A stretch of 64,000 bases of DNA from Candidatus Latescibacterota bacterium (lineage in GTDB: Bacteria > Latescibacterota > UBA2968 > GCA-2709665). The notes beneath the pieces are model-generated. The model was not told where the DNA came from. It worked only from the letters and a program-made list of their open reading frames with translations, and made no database searches. Below, one piece after another: positions 1 through 9,825 of this stretch. Position numbers and translations under genes: made by a program. Positions within the stretch are counted from its first letter, which is position 1. Every line of letters begins with the position of its first letter. The stretch spans positions 5,536,001 to 5,600,000 of the forward strand of contig OZ241917.1 of NCBI GenBank assembly GCA_965203805.1, read 5' to 3'.

Positions 1-1
1 G

Positions 2-568
2 GATCGGTCCGTACACCATCCCAAGGAATCCGAGCAGGCCCACATCGGCATTCTTTTTGCGGCCGCGCCGCGGGGCCACGAGTACTACTATCCCGCCCAG
101 TTGGCGGTGTCCGTACTCTCGGGCAGCGGGTCCAGCCGGCTGTTCACGGAGGTCAGGGAGAAGCGGGGGCTGGCGTACAGTGTCTCGGCCTCTTACCGGG
201 CGCGTCGGGGGGGCGGTCTGATTGCGCTGTACGCCGGCACCACGGCCGAACGCGCGGATGAAACCCTTGCCGTGTGCCGGCGTGAGGTCGGGAGGCTCGC
301 AGAGGACGTGACGCAGGCCGAACTCGACCGGGCGAAGACCGTCCTGAAGGGTCAGTTGTTCACGACCGGCGATTTGCCGGAAGGCCGCGCGGGCAGTATG
401 ATGGACGGCCTGTTTCTGGACGGGCGGCCGCGTTCCATTCACCAGATTGCGGCAGGGATTGACGGCGTGACGCTGGACCTGGTGCCGGCCTGTCTCGATG
501 CGTATCCGCCGTCGCCGGCCACGCTCGTTACACTGGGGCCGCGAGCCCTGGACGTACAGCGTACCTGA
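2..568 (+). CDS. M16 (insulinase/pitrilysin) family peptidase, C-terminal part, 5'-truncated by the window edge
   Basis: Frame is open from base 2. SSRLFTEVREKRGLAYSV is the M16_C signature; the gene is adjacent to a second M16 gene. Confidence 0.88.
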   Translation, partial: DRSVHHPKESEQAHIGILFAAAPRGHEYYYPAQLAVSVLSGSGSSRLFTEVREKRGLAYSVSASYRARRGGGLIALYAGTTAERADETLAVCRREVGRLAEDVTQAELDRAKTVLKGQLFTTGDLPEGRAGSMMDGLFLDGRPRSIHQIAAGIDGVTLDLVPACLDAYPPSPATLVTLGPRALDVQRT

Positions 569-590
569 GCAGAATGACGGGGAGATTTCC

Positions 591-1823
591 ATGCAGTCAA
601 TGTTTTCCACCCACACGCTCGATAACGGTCTTCAACTGGTATTTGAGGCGATTCCCAGGATAAACTCCGCAGCACTGGGATTCTACGTTCATACCGGCTC
701 GCGCGACGAGCCCGCACACCTGGCCGGCGTGTCGCATTTTCTGGAACATATGTGCTTCAAGGGAACGGCAAGCCGGGACTGGCGCCAGCTGAGTCTCGAC
801 GTCGACGATCTGGGTGCGATGTGGAACGCGTATACCTGGTGGGAGGGCACGGCCTATTTTCACTGGGTTCAGAGCGAACGGGCTGCGAATTCGGCGGAAA
901 TCCTGGCCGACATGATGCGGTCCACGCTGCCGGAAGACCAGTTCGACATGGAGAAGAAAGTCATCCTCGAAGAGATCTCGATGTACCGCGATCGGCCCGA
1001 CGCGTTGATTATCGACGAACTGATTCAGGAAGCGTTCGCGGGCCACCCGCTCGGACAGAGCGTACTTGGCACCGAGCACACCGTCGGGTCGATCTCCCGG
1101 GAGCAGATGTCGGGATATTTCGGGGATCGATACGCGCCGGACAACATGTCGTTCGTCGTGACCGGCAGATTCGACCGTGACGAGATGATTCGCGTGGCTG
1201 ACGCGCAATGCGGCGCCTGGAAACCGAGTGAGGCGGCTCGGGAGCAGGTGACGCCGGAATTCCGGCCCTGCAGGCGTGTTCTGGAGCGTCCGAACGTGAT
1301 CCGGGAGCACATCGCCATGGCCTGGCCCGCGCCGTGCGAATCCGATGAATGGGCTGCGACTGCCGATCTGCTTTCCCACTACCTGGGCGCGGCCACCAAC
1401 AGCCGCCTGTTCTGGTCCGTCGTCCAGCAGGGGCTGGCTGACGAGGCGTCGGCTGATTTCTACGGCTTCAGCGACACCGGTCTGTTCTATGTGTACGTCT
1501 CGGTCGACCCGAAGAACGTCTCGCGGGTGCTGGAAATCGTGCAGCGGGAAATCGACGCCCTTAAGCGGGGTGTGGACGGGGAGGCCCTTGCGAGGTCCAG
1601 AACGAGACAGGCGACCGCCCTCGTGATCGGGGGCGAGCACGGCCTCCGGCGGTTCTCGCAGATCGTTGGAAGCCTGAGTACCGGTACGCCGCTGAAAACA
1701 CTGGAAGAGGAGCTGGCCGAGATCGACGCCGTGACGCCGAAACGGGTCGCCGAATACCTGGAGCGTTACCCGCTGGATGGGGAAGCGGCGATGGTCGCGC
1801 TCGGGCCGTTGACATCCATTTGA
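591..1823 (+). CDS. M16 family zinc peptidase (catalytic subunit)
   Basis: Inverted zinc motif HFLEH, GSRDE and NAYT motifs; GGAG RBS before ATG 591. Confidence 0.92.
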   Translation: MQSMFSTHTLDNGLQLVFEAIPRINSAALGFYVHTGSRDEPAHLAGVSHFLEHMCFKGTASRDWRQLSLDVDDLGAMWNAYTWWEGTAYFHWVQSERAANSAEILADMMRSTLPEDQFDMEKKVILEEISMYRDRPDALIIDELIQEAFAGHPLGQSVLGTEHTVGSISREQMSGYFGDRYAPDNMSFVVTGRFDRDEMIRVADAQCGAWKPSEAAREQVTPEFRPCRRVLERPNVIREHIAMAWPAPCESDEWAATADLLSHYLGAATNSRLFWSVVQQGLADEASADFYGFSDTGLFYVYVSVDPKNVSRVLEIVQREIDALKRGVDGEALARSRTRQATALVIGGEHGLRRFSQIVGSLSTGTPLKTLEEELAEIDAVTPKRVAEYLERYPLDGEAAMVALGPLTSI

Positions 1824-1838
1824 ACGGCGACGGACGGG

Positions 1839-3062
1839 TCAGGCGTAGCGGGCGAGGACGTCGTCGAGGGAGCGGGCGGGTTTGAAAAAGGAAAGGACGC
1901 GCAGCAGCACGGCGTCGACAATAGCGTCCGGGCAGGAAGCGCCTGATGTCAGCGCCATGCTCAAGGGACGATTTTCCGGAATCCAGTCCGTCGTCAAGGC
2001 GGTTTTTTTTGTTCCAAGGTTGAAGTGGCGGATCATGGATTCCGAACGGATCTCATCGGCGTCCTTGATGAAATAGGTGGGCATCCGTTCGAGGCAGAGC
2101 TCCACAATGTGCGACGTGTTGGACGAGTTGTAACCGCCGACGACGAGCGCCAGGTCGGCGTCCTGGTCCACCAGGGCATAGGTCGCATTCTGGTTTTCAT
2201 TGGTCGCGTAGCAGAGCGTATCCGACGTGTCGGCGTAGTGATTTTGCAGGTTTGCCTCACCGTAACGGTCCGCGAGGGCTTCGCGGATGACCTCGGCGAT
2301 CTGTCTCGTCTCGGCAGCCAGCATGGTGGTCTGATTGACGATTCCGATGCGCTCGAGGTGCAGGTCCGGATCGAAGCCTTCGGAGCACTTGTGGCCGAAT
2401 CGCGCGAAGAAAGCGTCACGGTCTGAGGCGCCCCGGATGAAGTCGGCGAGAATATGCGTCTCATCCACGTCCATGACCACAACCGTTGGCGCGTTTCGGA
2501 CGCTGTGGGAGAAGGTGGCGCGGGTTTCCTGGTGGGTGTCGTTACCGTGCACGACCACCGAAAATCCCGAATCGCCCAGTTTGGCGCTGCGGTTCCAGAC
2601 CCGCTCCACAAAGGGGCACGTCGTGTTGTAGGTGTAGGCGTCGATACCGCGGGCGGCAAGGGCTTCCTGGATCTCCAGGGTGGTGCCGAACGCGGGCACC
2701 ACAACGATGTCTTCCTGTGAAAAATGTTCCCATGGGATGAGTTGCATTCCGTAGGGGTCGAAAATAAACTCCACGCCCCGGTCCTTCAGGTCGTTGTTGA
2801 CGTTCGAATTGTGAATCATCTCATTGAGGAAATAGATGCGTCGATCCGGGTGCTCGTCCAGGGTCTTGTAAGCGATCTCAATTGCGTTTTCCACCCCGAA
2901 ACAGAACCCGAAGTGCCGGGCCAGCAGAAACCGTACCGGGCCGAAGTCGAGGACCGAAGGCGAGAGGTCCCGTTTGCGCATGTCCTGCATCTGCCTGAAC
3001 GCCTTTACGCGTGAGATAACAGGACTCTTGTAGAAGTCGGGAATGTCGAACTGGCGTGCCAT
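1839..3062 (-). CDS. ispH: 4-hydroxy-3-methylbut-2-enyl diphosphate reductase
   Basis: GFCFGVENA, TCPFV, NQTT, DTLCYAT, VGGYNSSNT and TSGASCPD motifs with three Fe-S cysteines. Confidence 0.95.
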   Translation of the reverse strand: MARQFDIPDFYKSPVISRVKAFRQMQDMRKRDLSPSVLDFGPVRFLLARHFGFCFGVENAIEIAYKTLDEHPDRRIYFLNEMIHNSNVNNDLKDRGVEFIFDPYGMQLIPWEHFSQEDIVVVPAFGTTLEIQEALAARGIDAYTYNTTCPFVERVWNRSAKLGDSGFSVVVHGNDTHQETRATFSHSVRNAPTVVVMDVDETHILADFIRGASDRDAFFARFGHKCSEGFDPDLHLERIGIVNQTTMLAAETRQIAEVIREALADRYGEANLQNHYADTSDTLCYATNENQNATYALVDQDADLALVVGGYNSSNTSHIVELCLERMPTYFIKDADEIRSESMIRHFNLGTKKTALTTDWIPENRPLSMALTSGASCPDAIVDAVLLRVLSFFKPARSLDDVLARYA

Positions 3063-3135
3063 GATTCGGCTCCGGCCTGTGAATCGGACCAACCCCGGCA
3101 AGCAATGAGCCGGGGGGCCCGCCATATCCGCACCG

Positions 3136-3582
3136 CTATCGCCCGGTGCTCCCGAACCCGCCCCGGTCGGGCGCGCCGAGGGTTTCGGTCTCTGTCCAGT
3201 CGGCCTGGACGATACGGACGAAAATCCCCTGTGCGAGCCGTTCCCGGCGCTGGACGCTCACCGGACGACCTGTAAAATTGTAGACCTGGACGTGGATCTC
3301 GTCATTGGGACCCCGGTAATCCTGATCGACAATGCCCACGCCGTTCGGTACCATCAGGCCTTTTCTGTGCGGCAGGCTGCTGCGGGCTGCCAGCAGGAGC
3401 ATGTAACCGGGAGGTACCGCAACGATGAGATTGGCCGGAACAAGACGAATTTCGCCCGGCGGGACGACCATGTCTTTCCGGCAGAGCAGATCGAATCCGA
3501 CCGAACCCGATGTCTGATGGCGCGGCAGAGGCAGCGTCGGGTCTACTCGTCTGACCTGGATTTTCTTGACTGACTCGCTCAG
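3136..3582 (-). CDS. dut: dUTP diphosphatase, probably starting at CTG
   Basis: Motifs SVGFDL, ARSS, GIVDQDYRG, RLAQG and RGGFGSTG. Motif I lies upstream of the first ATG (3471). SD AAAGGA precedes CTG 3582. Confidence 0.92.
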   Translation of the reverse strand: MSESVKKIQVRRVDPTLPLPRHQTSGSVGFDLLCRKDMVVPPGEIRLVPANLIVAVPPGYMLLLAARSSLPHRKGLMVPNGVGIVDQDYRGPNDEIHVQVYNFTGRPVSVQRRERLAQGIFVRIVQADWTETETLGAPDRGGFGSTGR

Positions 3583-3621
3583 TGTCGCGCTTCCTTTCCG
3601 GGCTGGCTTGTCGACGTGTCA

Positions 3622-3650
3622 ATGTTAACCATCGAGTCGCGGGCTGTCAA
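3622..3650 (-). promoter_or_regulatory. Sigma70-type promoter for dut-ispH
   Basis: TTGACA-N17-TAACAT on the minus strand. Confidence 0.6.
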
Positions 3651-3898
3651 TAGTTTTCCTGAAATCAGCGATGGATTCCGTCGAATCGTCCTGCCGTTAT
3701 GGCTTGACTTTCCGGTACCCCGTTGCAATCATATACCGCGTCTGCGACCGGTGCGACAGCGCATACCCGCGGTACCCCGCCGGCGTCCGACGGGCGTTTC
3801 GCGACCACGTGCGGCGCGGGGGTCCGGGCGGGTTTCTTCGACGATCCTCAAACGTCGTGGATGCAGGGTTGAAGTGAGATCCAAAAGGTGAATGAGGG

Positions 3899-5887
3899 AT
3901 GGAAAGTCGATACGAGCAATGGAAGCGTCACCTGCTGCCACTGCCTCACGAGATTGCGATCCAGGGCGATATTGAATGTCGGCCCGAACAGGTTTCGATT
4001 GCGGTAAGGCCCGGAGCGGGCGCGGTCGAGAGGCATGCGGCCGCGACGCTGGAACGCCTGTGCCTGCCTGCAGCGCAGGGCACTGCGCAGGCAGGCGCCG
4101 CCGGCAAAGGCGCGATGCCCGCGCCCGCCGCTTTCGAAGTCTCGATCGGGCTGGTGGAACGCGGTCCGGACGCGGATCTGCTGCGGGGGTTGCCTAATTG
4201 CGGTCAGGCGTATACGATCCGGCCGGAGGGGCGGCGGCGCCTGGCGCTTGCCGCGCTGTCCGAACCCGGAATTTCGTATGCGGCCCGGACGCTCTGCCAA
4301 CTGCTGGAACCAATGCTGACGCCCGGAAGCATCCGCATCCCGCTCGTCTCGGTGACCGATTGGCCGGATCTGGACGAACGCGGCATGTGGAACTTTCCAC
4401 CGCCGGAGGAGTGGATTCCGTGGATGGCGTCGATGAAATTGAACTACGGCAAAATGGCATCCACGGAACTGTCCAGGGTGGCGCGAGGGAAGTCCAACCG
4501 CGCCAGGATCGACGCGGCGCTGATGGAAAAGGCGCGTCTGCTGGGATTTCACTATGTGCCGATGATCACCCATCTGAATTTCCTGCATGAACGCGGCCTG
4601 TACCGCGCCTATCCCGAGTTGGCGGGCAGGGGCGACGGGGCGCTGGCCGGGCGGTATTTCGCCCACAAGCAAGGCAAACAGCATCGAGCGCCCTGCGCAT
4701 CCAATCCTCTGCTTGTGGATATATTGGCCGAGTGGATGTCGGACATCGCGTCCCAGGGCGCGCTGGAGGTGGGCTGCTGGCTGACCGAGCGGCCCGCCCA
4801 GTGTGAATGCGACGATTGCACGTCACGCGGGCAGTTTGTGCTCGAAGCCAGGGCGTTCGTGCGCGCCTGGAAGCGGATGCGCCCCAGATACCCCGAGTTC
4901 AACATTCGCGTGTTTCTCTCGACCACGACATCTGAGCGGGATTACCGGGTCGTGGCGGAGTTGCCGCCAGAGGTCAAGATCGAACGGGCATGCGCAACCG
5001 AAATGGAGCGCGTGCCGCACCTGCCCCGGGATCTCACGGCCAATCCCCTTCTGGATCACCTTGCGTCGCAGGGTCGCTGGATCGCCAGCTACGACGTGCC
5101 GATCAACGCGAACGGAAGGGTGGATACACCCGAATTCAAGGTTCCGCAGTCGTCACCGCATCGGATCCGGGACTACGTGGGTCAGCTGATTCGCAGGCAA
5201 TACAGCGGGGCCTACGGAATGATGGCGTGGGCCACCAGGGGCAAGGAGACGTGCGGGTACAACGTCGCGGCCCTGGCGGAATATTCGTGGAACCTGAACG
5301 GACGCAGCGAAAGGGAGTTCGCCGTGGCTTGGGCCACGCGGGAAGGGTATCGGGACGCCGACGCGTTCGGAGAATGGTCGGAACGGACGGGGCCGGTGGC
5401 GTTCGATGTCTACGATTCGGATTTCCCGATCTGTTATTCCTGGGGCAAAGCGGCTGAGATGATTCGGCGGAAAGAGCGACCGTATCTCGGCGAAGGCATG
5501 TTCCGCTATTTTGAAGATGAACCGGCCTTTGAGCGGAAGGTCGACGCGTGCCGCCAGGCAATCCGGATCGCTTCTGAATTCGAGCGTCCGCATCGCGCGA
5601 ATGAGACACGCGTGGTGATGACCTACGTGGAACTTGCCCGGTGCGTCTATCGCGTCGCGGAACAGGTGGCGACGCGCGACCTGGCTGACGCTGACGTTCA
5701 AACCCAGCTTCATGCCGCGCTTGAATCGCTCGAAAAAGCAGGCCGGGACAACGTTGCGGCGATCCGGAACTGGCGGGCGGCGCTGGGACCGGAACCGTGG
5801 CACGTTCGCGTCCACGATGCGATTCGAGGTACGGAGACAACCGTTGGCGAGATTGCGGGGTTCCTTCGCGATCGATATCTGTATTAA
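3899..5887 (+). CDS. Protein with a GH20-type zincin-like N-terminal domain, putative glycoside hydrolase
   Basis: AYTI..LALAALSEPGISYAARTLCQL..VTDWPDLDERG is typical of the GH20b domain junction; CECDDC motif. Confidence 0.6.
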   Translation: MESRYEQWKRHLLPLPHEIAIQGDIECRPEQVSIAVRPGAGAVERHAAATLERLCLPAAQGTAQAGAAGKGAMPAPAAFEVSIGLVERGPDADLLRGLPNCGQAYTIRPEGRRRLALAALSEPGISYAARTLCQLLEPMLTPGSIRIPLVSVTDWPDLDERGMWNFPPPEEWIPWMASMKLNYGKMASTELSRVARGKSNRARIDAALMEKARLLGFHYVPMITHLNFLHERGLYRAYPELAGRGDGALAGRYFAHKQGKQHRAPCASNPLLVDILAEWMSDIASQGALEVGCWLTERPAQCECDDCTSRGQFVLEARAFVRAWKRMRPRYPEFNIRVFLSTTTSERDYRVVAELPPEVKIERACATEMERVPHLPRDLTANPLLDHLASQGRWIASYDVPINANGRVDTPEFKVPQSSPHRIRDYVGQLIRRQYSGAYGMMAWATRGKETCGYNVAALAEYSWNLNGRSEREFAVAWATREGYRDADAFGEWSERTGPVAFDVYDSDFPICYSWGKAAEMIRRKERPYLGEGMFRYFEDEPAFERKVDACRQAIRIASEFERPHRANETRVVMTYVELARCVYRVAEQVATRDLADADVQTQLHAALESLEKAGRDNVAAIRNWRAALGPEPWHVRVHDAIRGTETTVGEIAGFLRDRYLY

Positions 5888-6083
5888 CCGGAGGCGAACG
5901 GCGCCTTCAGGGAACTAAGCAGCCCGTTGAAAGAGTCCATCCGGGCTGCGTTCGGCCCTTGTGGCCGAAATACGGCGTTGCGCTCCCTCCCCGAATCCAG
6001 GGATTCGCGTCGGTCGCGCGCCTTGTCTTCGGCCACAATGACTCGACCTCGCCTGCAGAGCGACTTTTTCAACGGACTGTTAG

Positions 6084-7139
6084 ATGCCGATTTTGTCGCA
6101 TGAAACCTTAAGAAAATGCGGGTACGCGGTATTTGTCGCCGCCGGGCTGCCGGAAGACCAGGCGCGGATTGTAACCGATCACCTCGTGGATGCGAATCTG
6201 ATGGGCCACGACTCCCACGGCATCCACCGGATGCCCGGCTACGCACGCGGCGTGAAGGCGGGGACGATCAAGCCCGCCGGAAACCATGAAGTGGTTCGGG
6301 AGACGCCGGCTTCCCTGACCATCGACGCCGGCGGAGGAATCGGCATCGTGGTGGCCAATATCGCCATGCGCATGGCGGTAGACCGGGCCCTTCGGCACAC
6401 GCTCGGTGCGGTTGCGGTGCATCGGTCCGGACACATCGGCAGGCTGGGAGACTTTCCGTCCGTTGCGGCGGCGCGCGATTGTATCGGAATCCTGATATTG
6501 AACGGCGGAGGGCGGTTCGCTGCGCCCTTCGGCGGCACCGCCCAGCGGCTGCCCCCCAACCCGATCGCAATCGGCGTCCCCACCCGAGACGGCCCCCCCA
6601 TGACGCTGGATATCACGACCAGTATGGTCGCGGGCGGCAAGGTGGACATCTGCCGTTTGCGGAATCAACGAATGCCCGAAGGCTGGATGGTCGACCTGGA
6701 TGGAAACACCGTCACTGATCCCGAGGAATTCTACGCCGGAAACGCGGCCATGCTGCCCCTGGGAGGCCCGGTGGGCCATAAGGGATACGGTCTGGCAATG
6801 ATGATCGACGCCATCGCGGGCGGACTTTCCTGGGCCGGATGCAGTACGGAGGCGCCCACCCGGGGCGCGAGCGGATTTCTGGCATTGGCAATAAAGATCG
6901 AGAGCTTCGTGGACGTGGACGATTTCAAGTCGGAGGTGGGGAAACTGATCGATTGGGTGAAGTCGTCGCCGAAGATGCCCGGGGTTGAGACGATCTACGT
7001 GCCGGGTGAGATTGAAACGGAGACGCGAAGGGAACGGGAGTCTGAAGGGGTGTATCTGGAGGACGCGACATGGTCGGAGATCCGTTCCGTGGCCGAAGAA
7101 ATGGGCGTACCGGTGACGGAATCGGGCGCCGTGGAATAA
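6084..7139 (+). CDS. Ldh_2 family oxidoreductase (malate/L-lactate/ureidoglycolate dehydrogenase-like)
   Basis: GHDSHG, HIGRLG, PNPIA, LDITTS, GHKGYGL and YVPGE motifs. Confidence 0.92.
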   Translation: MPILSHETLRKCGYAVFVAAGLPEDQARIVTDHLVDANLMGHDSHGIHRMPGYARGVKAGTIKPAGNHEVVRETPASLTIDAGGGIGIVVANIAMRMAVDRALRHTLGAVAVHRSGHIGRLGDFPSVAAARDCIGILILNGGGRFAAPFGGTAQRLPPNPIAIGVPTRDGPPMTLDITTSMVAGGKVDICRLRNQRMPEGWMVDLDGNTVTDPEEFYAGNAAMLPLGGPVGHKGYGLAMMIDAIAGGLSWAGCSTEAPTRGASGFLALAIKIESFVDVDDFKSEVGKLIDWVKSSPKMPGVETIYVPGEIETETRRERESEGVYLEDATWSEIRSVAEEMGVPVTESGAVE

Positions 7140-7160
7140 ACCTCACAATGGAGACCGGGT

Positions 7161-9788
7161 ATGACCGCTCGTCCGGGGTCGGTTGTCAACTTCTGCAAGA
7201 CGGTGTTGCCGCTTCTGCACGGGAAATCGGACGGAAGACGGATTCTTCAGGACGTACGCGAGGTTGTGGCTACCGACCGGTGGAATTCATTCGACCGGTT
7301 CGCGGACACCACGGCGTTTCTTGTGCGTCGTTACGAGGAATCCGGCGCGAAGGCGGAAGTGCATACCATGCGGACCGGCGGAGCCATCGGGTCGGGGCGT
7401 TGGATCATCCACAAGGCCGCGGACGTGCGTTCCGCGACGATGGACGTGATCCGACCGGTGAAAACGCGTGTCCTGGACTACAGAGAGAATCCGTGGCACG
7501 TCATTCAATGGAGCGATGCCACGCCGCCGGGAGGGATGGAGAACGAGTTGGTTGTCGTGGATTCAAAGGAGGCCCTGACCCGGATTCCCGCAGGCGGACT
7601 GGCAGGGAAGTTGGTCCTGACGCGCATGGATCCACGCGGCATGTTGCGGTCCTTCTCGGAGGCCGGCGCGGCGGGGGTGGTCGCCGATCATCCCGTACCG
7701 AATCTGCCCGACGCGACCGCGTGGACGAAATTCGGGTGGGGCGGGGTCCCCATTCAGGATGCGGCCGTCCAGATGGTTGGCCTGGTTTTATCGGAGAACC
7801 AGGGAAAACGCCTGCGACGCCTGCTGCGCAGGCACGGCTCATTGACCGTCCGGACAGACGTGGACATCCGTCACTACCAGGGAACGCACGATCAGGTGAG
7901 CGGGGTTGTGCACGGTGACGCGGATCCCCAGGATGAAGTGTGGGCGCTCGCGCACAGCGCGGAACCCGGTGCAATCGACAATGCGTCGGGGGTGGCGCTG
8001 TGCCTGGAAATCGCGCGTGTCCTCGAGGAACTGATCGCAGCCGGTGAACTGGCGCGGCCCAGACGCACCATACGTCTGCTGAACGCCTACGAGTGTCACG
8101 GGTTTTTCAAGTATCTGGAGGACACACAGCGCCTGCAGACTCCTCTCGCCGGCGTTGTGATCGATTCGGTGGGAAGCAAGCCCTCGGTATGCGGCGGCCG
8201 GATCGAGTGGCATGCCTCAATTCCAATGTCGGCCGGTTTCGTGGACCGTCTGGGCGAGACGATCCTGACGGAAACGCTGCGGCTGCGAAACCCCGGCTAT
8301 CGCCTGTCTATGGAGCCGTTCCAACCCACCTCAGACACGCTCATCGGGGATCCGAAGTATGGATTTCCGTGTCCCTGGCTCACCACGCACCACCATAAGC
8401 CCGGACGGGGATTCGACGCCTACCATTCGTCCGCGGACACGCCGGCTCTGTTAAGCACAAGGGGGCTTGCGGCGTGCGCCACGGCGATGGCGGGATATCT
8501 CTACTGGCTGGCGGACGCAGGCACGGAGGACATCGTCGACGTGGCCGCCGCGGAGACCGCACGGACGATTGACCGGTTAGGGGTGGAGGGCCAGTCGGTT
8601 GCTCAGGTCGAATACGAACGCGAGCAGCATCGCGTGAACCTGGAGAAGCTTCATCGCTGGTTGTGGGGCGGGCGCCGTCGGGACGTTCTGGAGCAGTTCG
8701 CAGGGTACGAGCGCGAGGTTCGGGAGTCCGCGGCGGATGCCGAAAGGGGCAAGAGACGTCCGCGCCGAAGGCGTGTCGAGAGTGCGGACCGGATTCCGAG
8801 GCGCACGCGTGTGTTGTCTCCGATCGGGGAAAACACGCCGCCGGAGATCGCCGGACGTATCAGCAAAACAGGGCTTTCTCCCTGGACGCTGTTCTGGGCG
8901 GATGGCAACCGGACAATTCAGGAGATTTCGCAGGCCGTGGCGTGCGAGACCGGCAACGAAGTGAAAGCGGCGAGCGTCGTCGCTTATTTCGAAGCGCATG
9001 CTGAACTGGGGTACGTGGAGCTTATCGAGAAATCGGAACGGGTGACGCGCGCGAGCCTCGCGGCGGACCTCCGTTCACTGGGTCTGGCCCGTGGCATGGA
9101 CGTGATGGTGCACAGTTCCCTGTCGTCCATCGGGCACGTGGCGGGTGGCGCGGATACGGTGATCCAGGCGTTGCTGGACGTGATCGGAAAGCGCGGCACA
9201 CTGATGATGCCCTCGTTTCACCACCGGGCCGCACAGGTGTACAATCCGATGACGACACCCACGACCAACGGCGCGATCCCCGATGCGTTCTGGCGGCGTC
9301 CCGACGCGGTCAGGAGCGACCATTCCACGCACGCGGTGGCGGCGGTGGGACCCAGAGCCGAGGCCTTCTGCAAGGATCACGGCGGGAAAGGACTGTGGAC
9401 GCCCAACAGCCCCATAGGCCAACTCGTGCACGGAAACGGTCACGTACTCCTGCTTGGCGTCGACCACAATGCCACGACAGCCTACCACGTGGCCGAGTTA
9501 TCGGTGCCCTGTGGATGCATCGACCCTTTCGGCAACTTCTACAGCGTCGTCGCGCCGGACGGGGGCGTGCGGAAGGTCAGGGGGCTGGCGTTCAGATCGG
9601 CGCTGTGTCCGGTGCCGCCGGGCAAGCTGAACAGGGCTCTGGACCGCAGGGGAAAACAGCGCCGTGGAAAAGTGGGCCGGGCGGACTCGTTCTTCGTGCC
9701 CGCAATAGAGGTCTGGAAGGCGCGGCGGGACCATCTGCGGCGCGTTTGTCCGACGTGTGATATCAAACCTCGAATCGATGCGTCATAG
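7161..9788 (+). CDS. Fusion of an M28/DUF4910-like metallopeptidase (PA insert, wHTH) with an AAC(3)-family N-acetyltransferase
   Basis: N-terminal part: AHSAEPGAIDNASG, RRTIRLL..YE, YHSSADT. C-terminal part: VMVHSSLSSIG..GGADTVIQAL, RSDHSTHAVAAVG, LLLGVDH..TTAYHVAE. Confidence 0.8.
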   Translation: MTARPGSVVNFCKTVLPLLHGKSDGRRILQDVREVVATDRWNSFDRFADTTAFLVRRYEESGAKAEVHTMRTGGAIGSGRWIIHKAADVRSATMDVIRPVKTRVLDYRENPWHVIQWSDATPPGGMENELVVVDSKEALTRIPAGGLAGKLVLTRMDPRGMLRSFSEAGAAGVVADHPVPNLPDATAWTKFGWGGVPIQDAAVQMVGLVLSENQGKRLRRLLRRHGSLTVRTDVDIRHYQGTHDQVSGVVHGDADPQDEVWALAHSAEPGAIDNASGVALCLEIARVLEELIAAGELARPRRTIRLLNAYECHGFFKYLEDTQRLQTPLAGVVIDSVGSKPSVCGGRIEWHASIPMSAGFVDRLGETILTETLRLRNPGYRLSMEPFQPTSDTLIGDPKYGFPCPWLTTHHHKPGRGFDAYHSSADTPALLSTRGLAACATAMAGYLYWLADAGTEDIVDVAAAETARTIDRLGVEGQSVAQVEYEREQHRVNLEKLHRWLWGGRRRDVLEQFAGYEREVRESAADAERGKRRPRRRRVESADRIPRRTRVLSPIGENTPPEIAGRISKTGLSPWTLFWADGNRTIQEISQAVACETGNEVKAASVVAYFEAHAELGYVELIEKSERVTRASLAADLRSLGLARGMDVMVHSSLSSIGHVAGGADTVIQALLDVIGKRGTLMMPSFHHRAAQVYNPMTTPTTNGAIPDAFWRRPDAVRSDHSTHAVAAVGPRAEAFCKDHGGKGLWTPNSPIGQLVHGNGHVLLLGVDHNATTAYHVAELSVPCGCIDPFGNFYSVVAPDGGVRKVRGLAFRSALCPVPPGKLNRALDRRGKQRRGKVGRADSFFVPAIEVWKARRDHLRRVCPTCDIKPRIDAS

Positions 9789-9825
9789 GCGCACGGACGG
9801 ATGCGCCGGGAGCGGATAGTACACG

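Noticed and set aside
9040-9788. AAC(3) domain as an acquired aminoglycoside resistance gene
   Set aside because: It is fused to a peptidase in a metabolic cluster with host-like composition and no mobile context.
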